Shown: positions 58,195 to 64,000 of the stretch, piece after piece | How positions within the stretch are numbered: the first letter of the stretch is position 1 | How the letters are laid out: every line of letters begins with the position of its first letter | Source: Minisyncoccota bacterium | GTDB lineage: Bacteria; Patescibacteriota; Minisyncoccia; UBA6257; UBA9933 | Reading direction: 5' to 3' | Assembly (NCBI GenBank): GCA_041653755.1 | Contig: JBAZEU010000002.1 | Location: forward strand, 16,707-80,706 | DNA: 64,000 nt | The notes under the pieces: generated by a model | Databases searched by the model: none | The model's input: the letters and a program-made list of their open reading frames with translations, nothing else | Told to the model about the DNA's origin: nothing | Position numbers and translations under genes: made by a program

Positions 58195-59067
58195 CTAATT
58201 TTTTTCTTTTACCGTTAAAGAGAACTCAAGAACTTCGTCGTTCCTTAAAACCGTAAATTTTACGGTTTCTCCGACATTAAGTTCGTTTAAGCAATCTTCT
58301 AGTTGAAGATTTTCTCCGATTTTTTTCCCATTACATTCTAGGACAACATCCTTTTCTTTTAATTCGTTCTGGCATAATTCATCCACGTCTACGATGAGCG
58401 CTCCTTCTTCTTGGTCAATATAATTAAATCCTAAAAACGGGTATCTTACTCTTCCATATTTTTTAATATCTTCCAAGTCCTCTTTGGCTTCATTTATTGG
58501 AATGGCAAAACCGATATTTTCCGCATCAGTAACCATAATTGAATTTATGCCGATTGCCTCACCGTTATTATTTATTAGCGGACCGCCGGAATTACCGGGG
58601 TTTATTGCGGCATCCGTCTGAATCAAATTTCTCATTGTTTCGACTTTTCTGGTGAGCCCGGAAATAATTCCTTGAGAAACCGTGTCCTCAAATCCTAGGG
58701 CATCGCCGATAGCGAAAACTTCTTGACCAAGCTCCAAGCTGGAAGAATCGCCGAGCGGAATAAAAGGAAAAGGAATTTGATTCTCAATTTTTAAAATGGC
58801 TATATCGTTTTCTTTGTTTCTTGATAGAATTCTTGCTTCATATTTTCCTCCGTCATTTGTGATAACGGTGTATTGCTGGGTTTTCTCCATGACAACATGA
58901 AGATTGGTTAAAATAGTGCCGGTATCGTCGATGATAAAACCGGAGCCGCCCTCGATTTTCTTGGTTCGCAAAGGATTTCGTTTTTTCCCTTCTGGCATAA
59001 TTGAAACTACCGCTGGCACAGCCTTTTTGAGAATATTTACGATGTTTGATTGGGTACCTTCAGGCAT
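58195..59067 (-). CDS. HtrA/DegP-family trypsin-like serine protease with PDZ domain
   Basis: Catalytic triad context TNLHV ... DIAIL ... GNSGGPL; C-terminal PDZ. Confidence 0.8.
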   Translation of the reverse strand: MPEGTQSNIVNILKKAVPAVVSIMPEGKKRNPLRTKKIEGGSGFIIDDTGTILTNLHVVMEKTQQYTVITNDGGKYEARILSRNKENDIAILKIENQIPFPFIPLGDSSSLELGQEVFAIGDALGFEDTVSQGIISGLTRKVETMRNLIQTDAAINPGNSGGPLINNNGEAIGINSIMVTDAENIGFAIPINEAKEDLEDIKKYGRVRYPFLGFNYIDQEEGALIVDVDELCQNELKEKDVVLECNGKKIGENLQLEDCLNELNVGETVKFTVLRNDEVLEFSLTVKEKN

Positions 59068-59193
59068 TAAATGAATTGTAACAAATCTTGCCTTGCTATA
59101 TCAAAACCCTGATATATAATTAGAAGATAAGAGCTTCGGTCGTTAGAATGTTTTGATTACAATTAAAATATATTATTAAATAATTAAAATTAT

Positions 59194-59613
59194 ATGGACA
59201 AGCAAAAAAATTTAGTTTTAATCGTGGACGACGAAGAAGATTATCGCAAAATTGTAAAAGCGCAGTTGGAAGCAGCCAGCTTTAAGGTTGTTGAAGCTAA
59301 AGACGGTGTAGATGCCTTGAAGATTTTAGATGCAACGCCAGAACCGATAGCGGTAGTGGTGATGGATGTGGCAATGCCCAATATGAATGGTATAGAAACA
59401 CTATTTAAGATTAAAGAAAATAATAAAACAAGAAACATTAGAGTCATTATGTTGACGGGGAAAGGCGATCCTCGGGAAGAAATAACAAAAATGAATAAAA
59501 AGTTCGCCCAAGAATCAGGCGCGTTTGACTATATAAGAAAAGAGTCAGATATAAATGTTTTGATAGACCGAGTTAATAAGATTATGACGGAGAACGGAGA
59601 GAACGCAACATAA
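59194..59613 (+). CDS. stand-alone response-regulator receiver (CheY-like)
   Basis: LVLIVDDEE ... VVMDVAMPNMNG ... IMLTGKGD. Confidence 0.75.
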   Translation: MDKQKNLVLIVDDEEDYRKIVKAQLEAASFKVVEAKDGVDALKILDATPEPIAVVVMDVAMPNMNGIETLFKIKENNKTRNIRVIMLTGKGDPREEITKMNKKFAQESGAFDYIRKESDINVLIDRVNKIMTENGENAT

Positions 59614-59617
59614 ATCT

Positions 59618-61708
59618 ATGTTTGTTTATTCTGTCGTCGTTACATCGCTTGGCGGGTTGACTGCGCTTGTTTTAGGTTGGTTAGTATTCCTAAAAAATAA
59701 AAAAAATCCGGTTAACCGGACATTCTTTTTGATGAACATGGCCGGCGTCGTCTGGACGTCTGCAAATGTAATTTGGCTTTTTCAAAAAACCGAGACCTCT
59801 CTTTTATTCTGGGCGCATATTTTTTATTTAGGATCTATATTGTTTCCAATCTTTTTTCTTCATTGGGTATTGGCCCTGCTTGATAAAGTAAAAGAAAATA
59901 AGAAGATACTTGTTGTTGCGTATACGATTAGCTTTTGTTTCTTTCTGTTGAGTTTTTCTCCATGGTTTATTTCCGGATTACGACAGATTCTACCTTATCA
60001 GCCTCCAGGTCCACAAGCAGGGCCATTGTTCACCGCTAATATGATTTACAGTTGGGGCATTTTAACGGGCTTTGCTTTTTTTCAGCTTGTTAAAAGTTTC
60101 AAAAAAGCTGCCGGCTATAAACGAGCGCAAATAAAATATGTTATTTTGGGTATCGCTCTTGGCGTTGTTGCGGGTATGTCGAATTTCCCTTTGTCCTTTG
60201 GTATTCGTGTGGACCCGTGGGGATTGCCCTTAATTTCCATCTATACTTTCATATATGCCTACGCAATCATCAAGTATCGTTTGATGGATATTAGGTTAAT
60301 CATCAAACGAACGATTATCTTCTCGGTCGTAGTGATCTTAGTGTCTGTCATATATGTCTTAGCGACTTTCTTTTTTAGTTCCTTAATCTTCGGCAAATAT
60401 ATTGGGCCAGACGGCATCAAACCTATGATATTATCTGGTTTGTTGGTGAGTCTATTGGTGGCTTTCGGTATCAAACCTTTGTACGCTTTTTTGGAAAATT
60501 CAACTGATAAGATCTTTTTTAAGGGAGAGTATCGTTCCCAAGAACTTATCAAAACAATCTTTGAAAAACTCATTACATCTTTGGAAACGATTAAAATTCA
60601 TCAAACCTTGAGCGAAGAGATTGTCAAAGCGATGAAGCTGGAAGGAGCCACCTTTTTCGACCTTTCTATTTCTATTAATAAATTGCCTATTGATAATTTG
60701 ATTAAGTATTTAAGCGAGAATAAAGAAACTCTGGTTGTTCAGGAAATGAAATTGGAATATCAGGACGGTTTGAAGCGTGACCAGAGATATTTGGCTTTTA
60801 AGGATTTGGAGCAGACGCCGGCCGCGGTAGTTTTGCCAATCTACAAAAAATCCGAACTTGGAGAAGATAAAACAGCTGGGCATGGCAGATTATCGACTCT
60901 TCTGATTTTGCAAGATAAGAAATCGGGTGATACCTTTACCAGCCAGGACATCCAGACGCTGGAATTAATCGCTTCTCAAGCATCCATCGCTTTGGATAAC
61001 GCCAAGATGTACGAAGAGATTAAACAATTACTTGAAGCTAAAACCCGCCTTGTGTCAATTGTTTCTCATCAAATTAAAAATCCTTTAGCCATTATCAAGG
61101 GCTACGCTTCTTTAATAGATACCGGCGCTTACAGCAAGAAAGATCAGGTTAAAGAAGTGGCTGTGAAGATTAAGCAAACCAGCGATCGTCTTTTCTTGAT
61201 GGTTAATAATATCTTGGATACTCAACGAGTGGAAAGCGGTACCTTAGAATATGAATTCAAGAAAATTGATCTGAAAAAGATGGTTGAGGAAGCGGCCGAG
61301 AGAATTCAAGTTTTGACCAAAGAAAAAGGTTTGAATTTTGAGCTTGATTTGGAGCCTAAAGAGGTTTTTGTCATGGCTGATGAAATTAAGCTCTATCAAT
61401 GTGTTATCAATCTTTTGGATAACGCGGTAAAATTTACCGACTCGGGTTTTATAAAAGCAAAACTTTCCATCGATAACGATTGGGCCATTTTTGAGGTCTT
61501 AGACAGCGGCAGGGGAATCGAAAGAGATATTCTACCTAAACTGTTTAATAAATTTGAAAGAGGCGGAGAAGAAGTTTTGTCCGGTTTCGGTTTGGGTCTT
61601 TATGTCGTAAAACTTTTTGTTGACGCTCATCACGGAGAGATTGGAGCAGAGTCGGACGGCAAGGATAAAGGTTCAAAATTCTTTATCAAGCTGAGGTTGG
61701 CTAAGTAA
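59618..61708 (+). CDS. sensor histidine kinase with multi-TM N-terminal domain
   Basis: About 7 N-terminal TM helices; H-box SHQIKNPLAI; HATPase N/G boxes (LDNAVKFT, GRGIERD, GFGLGL). Confidence 0.8.
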   Translation: MFVYSVVVTSLGGLTALVLGWLVFLKNKKNPVNRTFFLMNMAGVVWTSANVIWLFQKTETSLLFWAHIFYLGSILFPIFFLHWVLALLDKVKENKKILVVAYTISFCFFLLSFSPWFISGLRQILPYQPPGPQAGPLFTANMIYSWGILTGFAFFQLVKSFKKAAGYKRAQIKYVILGIALGVVAGMSNFPLSFGIRVDPWGLPLISIYTFIYAYAIIKYRLMDIRLIIKRTIIFSVVVILVSVIYVLATFFFSSLIFGKYIGPDGIKPMILSGLLVSLLVAFGIKPLYAFLENSTDKIFFKGEYRSQELIKTIFEKLITSLETIKIHQTLSEEIVKAMKLEGATFFDLSISINKLPIDNLIKYLSENKETLVVQEMKLEYQDGLKRDQRYLAFKDLEQTPAAVVLPIYKKSELGEDKTAGHGRLSTLLILQDKKSGDTFTSQDIQTLELIASQASIALDNAKMYEEIKQLLEAKTRLVSIVSHQIKNPLAIIKGYASLIDTGAYSKKDQVKEVAVKIKQTSDRLFLMVNNILDTQRVESGTLEYEFKKIDLKKMVEEAAERIQVLTKEKGLNFELDLEPKEVFVMADEIKLYQCVINLLDNAVKFTDSGFIKAKLSIDNDWAIFEVLDSGRGIERDILPKLFNKFERGGEEVLSGFGLGLYVVKLFVDAHHGEIGAESDGKDKGSKFFIKLRLAK

Positions 61709-61745
61709 AAAAAGTTTGATATATTAACTCCTAGTTTTTGAGTTT

Positions 61746-61816
61746 GGGCCCATAGTTAAGTGGTAGAACACCTCATTTGCAATGAGGAGACGGCAGTCCG
61801 ATTCTGCCTGGGTCCA
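61746..61816 (+). tRNA. tRNA-Ala (anticodon TGC)
   Basis: Acceptor GGGCCCA/TGGGTCC with G3-U70; anticodon stem CCTCA/TGAGG with loop TTTGCAA. Confidence 0.75.
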
Positions 61817-61821
61817 CATCG

Positions 61822-61911
61822 GGAGGCGTGCCAGAGTGGTTGAATGGGACGGTCTTGAAAACCGTTATACCAGAAATGGTATCAGAGGTTCGAATCCTCT
61901 CGCCTCCGCCA
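61822..61911 (+). tRNA. tRNA-Ser (anticodon TGA), type II, CCA encoded
   Basis: Acceptor GGAGGCG/CGCCTCC; anticodon stem ACGGT/ACCGT with loop CTTGAAA; long variable arm. Confidence 0.75.
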
Positions 61912-61961
61912 GGAGGATAGCGAAAGCTCTCGGTGTTTCGGTTGATGAGCTCTTGATGTAA
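61912..61961 (+). pseudogene. 3' fragment of an HTH-XRE-family gene (... IAKALGVSVDELLM-stop) abutting tRNA-Ser
   Basis: In-frame translation IAKALGVSVDELLM then TAA at 61959-61961 matches the typical end of XRE HTH domains; no upstream start (reads into the tRNA). Confidence 0.35.
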
Positions 61962-62084
61962 TTATGAGCCAAAAAGGATTTATAAGCGTGAGGAAGTTAA
62001 AATCTGTTTTTGTACATAATGTTTAAAATGATATAATAAAGTGGTCTAAATATTAGCATAGTAATTAAAAAATAAGTTTAAAAA

Positions 62085-62672
62085 ATGAAATTTAAATTAC
62101 GGGTCTTCATTCCGCTGCTGTTCATTATTATTTTTTCGGTCGGGGCATTCTATTTTCAATCACAGCGCTCCCAGAATCCGGCAAGTAATAATGTCGGAAA
62201 TTCAAATGTTCAAGGAGGGGAGGAAAGCGTAAGTATAACTTCAACGGAGTGTAACATTCTTAGTTTGATTCCTAATATTGCTCCTTCTCCCCCTACTCAA
62301 GGATTTATCAATATGGCAGCAGCAGGAACCGTCAGCGCACACGTTGGTTACGAATTAGATTTGATTTTAGTTGTTGATACTTCCGGAAACAATATAGATC
62401 CTAATATTAAATTAGATTGCGGGGTATGGACAAAAGGCAATGTCAAATATGCTCATACGTGCGTGCGCGAGGAAGGAGATCCTGATAGCACAACGTGGAG
62501 CATTGAGGCTAATAATATTAAAGCCGACTTAAAAAGTCTGACTGACTGGGAAAATAACACGATAGATCGGGATTTATTGACACACGTACGAGCAACGATT
62601 GTTATTACATCACAGGCAAAAGAATTTCCCCAGCTCCCTCCCCCTGTCGATCAACTATTCTATTGCAAATAA
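62085..62672 (+). CDS. hypothetical secreted/membrane-anchored protein
   Basis: N-terminal signal-anchor; 195 aa. Confidence 0.45.
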   Translation: MKFKLRVFIPLLFIIIFSVGAFYFQSQRSQNPASNNVGNSNVQGGEESVSITSTECNILSLIPNIAPSPPTQGFINMAAAGTVSAHVGYELDLILVVDTSGNNIDPNIKLDCGVWTKGNVKYAHTCVREEGDPDSTTWSIEANNIKADLKSLTDWENNTIDRDLLTHVRATIVITSQAKEFPQLPPPVDQLFYCK

Positions 62673-62760
62673 ATAAAGCCGTAATTCCTGTATACTTTTA
62701 TCAATAACCTCGAACTTAAGCCACCTTTTTGGTTCAAAGTTCCGGCAATCGTGCCCGCCA

Positions 62761-63885
62761 ATGAAAAAAACAATTCTTTCTTTTGCGACTTTTGCCAGCA
62801 CGATGATAGGTGTTGGATTTTTTTCTTTGCCTTATCTTGCTTCAAGGTTGGGTTTTTGGACGATGGTCGTTTATCTTTTCGCGATGGCCGCGATAGCCAT
62901 TATAATTCATCTAATTTTTAGCAGGTTAGTTTTGAAAGCGCCGGATTATTCGAGATTTCCCGGGTTCGTTGGTTTTTATTTAGGGAAAAACTGGAAGAAA
63001 ATTGGTTTTTTAACATCTACCATAGGGATGCTTGGAGCGATGCTGGCTTATTTGATTATCGGTGGAGAATTTTTAGCCAATATTTTTTCTCCAGTTTTTG
63101 GCGGCAGCTACACAATTTATATTCTTATTTATTTTTTCATTGGAGCAGCGCTGATTTTTTCAGGCATCAGAATAGTAGAGAAAATTGAATTATGGGGTTT
63201 GGTTTTATTTATTGTTGCTCTAGTCTTTATTTTTATAAAAGGCCTGCCGGTTTTTGATGTGAGCAATCTATTTATGGTTCATAGCCAATCATTTAATGTT
63301 CATAATTTATTTTTGGCTTTTGGCCCGATTCTTTTTTCTTTTTGGGGAATATCGGTTGTTCCGGAAATGGAAGAACAACTTAAAGACAATAAACAGCAAT
63401 TGAAAAAAGTCATTCCAGCTGGAATTTTAACGGCGTTGGTCGTTTATTTGGTTTTTATTATTGTTGTTTACGGTATCTGTGGGAGATATGTCACGCCAGA
63501 CGCTTTGAGCGGACTTAAAATGTTTTTGACCAGAGACGCTTTGATCGTCGGATTTTTGTTCGGAATTATAGCCACATTTACTTCTTTCATTTCAATCGGG
63601 CTTACTTTGAAAAAGATTTTTAAATACGATTTGAAAATTCCGGAGATTCTTTCATGGTTTATCGCTTGCTTTGTTCCTTTAGCTTTTTTCTTTATCGGAT
63701 TTAAAAATTTTATTCAAGTCATCGGTTTTGTCGGAGGCATTGTGCTTTCATTAGACGGAATTTTGATTTGTTTAATGTATCAGAGGCTTAGAAGAACAAA
63801 AAAAGCCAAAACCTTAACATCAATTCTGGCCTTAGTTTTCATCTTGGCGATTATCTGCGAAATAAAATATTTTTTAATTAAATAA
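62761..63885 (+). CDS. polytopic membrane transporter, amino-acid permease-like
   Basis: 374 aa, about 11 TM helices; N-terminal FATFASTMIGVGFFSLPY resembles amino-acid transporter families. Confidence 0.4.
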   Translation: MKKTILSFATFASTMIGVGFFSLPYLASRLGFWTMVVYLFAMAAIAIIIHLIFSRLVLKAPDYSRFPGFVGFYLGKNWKKIGFLTSTIGMLGAMLAYLIIGGEFLANIFSPVFGGSYTIYILIYFFIGAALIFSGIRIVEKIELWGLVLFIVALVFIFIKGLPVFDVSNLFMVHSQSFNVHNLFLAFGPILFSFWGISVVPEMEEQLKDNKQQLKKVIPAGILTALVVYLVFIIVVYGICGRYVTPDALSGLKMFLTRDALIVGFLFGIIATFTSFISIGLTLKKIFKYDLKIPEILSWFIACFVPLAFFFIGFKNFIQVIGFVGGIVLSLDGILICLMYQRLRRTKKAKTLTSILALVFILAIICEIKYFLIK

Positions 63886-63890
63886 ATTCT

Positions 63891-64000
63891 ATGCTATCGA
63901 AAGTAATTTCAGAACTAAAACCGAGAGAAGATTGGAATAAGTATTTTAAAAAGAACACTGGTTTGATAATAGATTTGGGCTGTGGCCACGGAGCTGACAG
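63891..64000 (+). CDS. SAM-dependent methyltransferase-like protein, 3'-partial
   Basis: MLSKVISELKP ... GLIIDLGCGHGAD contains a glycine-rich motif I. Confidence 0.4.
   Translation, partial: MLSKVISELKPREDWNKYFKKNTGLIIDLGCGHGAD

Overview
AT-rich, tightly packed bacterial chromosome segment. The short core proteins (IF-2 487 aa, ValRS 712 aa, TopA 669 aa), the many small hypothetical membrane proteins and a 23S-5S rRNA operon with no linked 16S gene suggest a reduced-genome, CPR/Patescibacteria-like organism. That lineage call is an inference, not a demonstrated result.

Content:
- Core genes: phosphohexomutase, valS, ndk, infB, rbfA, recG, tsaD, a SEDS FtsW/RodA-family gene, rpoB, rpoC, rpsF-ssb-rpsR, topA, dprA, rplS, leuS, two mltG paralogs, a PAP2 phosphatase, a PrsW-like protease, an Hsp20, an HtrA-like protease, and a response regulator/histidine kinase pair.
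- A 23S rRNA (about 4371-7803) with long processing stems, a roughly 290-nt ORF-less insertion in the helix-25 region and an AT-rich helix-63 expansion, followed by 5S rRNA.
- 17 canonical tRNA genes, plus a tandem pair of atypical tRNA-like genes at 37596-37773.
- An accessory stretch (about 14.4-29.7 kb) between tRNA-Arg and tRNA-Ser(GCT). It ends in a large serine recombinase whose ORF runs into the tRNA-Ser 3' end.

The two most interesting things in that stretch:
1. A plasmid/phage-like replication module: DUF5659-like protein, a zf-CHC2-TOPRIM-P-loop primase-helicase, and a zinc-ribbon protein.
2. A three-gene operon on the minus strand: an excisionase-like HTH, a 503-aa protein with an N-terminal Mrr-type PD-(D/E)xK nuclease domain fused to an unknown roughly 330-aa C-terminal domain, and a 200-aa unknown partner whose start overlaps the fusion gene's stop by 4 nt. 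This is the best candidate in the window for an undescribed defence or toxin-like system.

Other notable observations: a candidate stand-alone ~145-nt small RNA with its own promoter and terminator upstream of the island mltG; 28-bp direct repeats flanking a membrane-protein gene just after 5S; a four-helix-bundle (23S-IVS-family) protein gene lying outside the rRNA; and an HTH-XRE C-terminal gene fragment abutting tRNA-Ser(TGA). No CRISPR array was seen.
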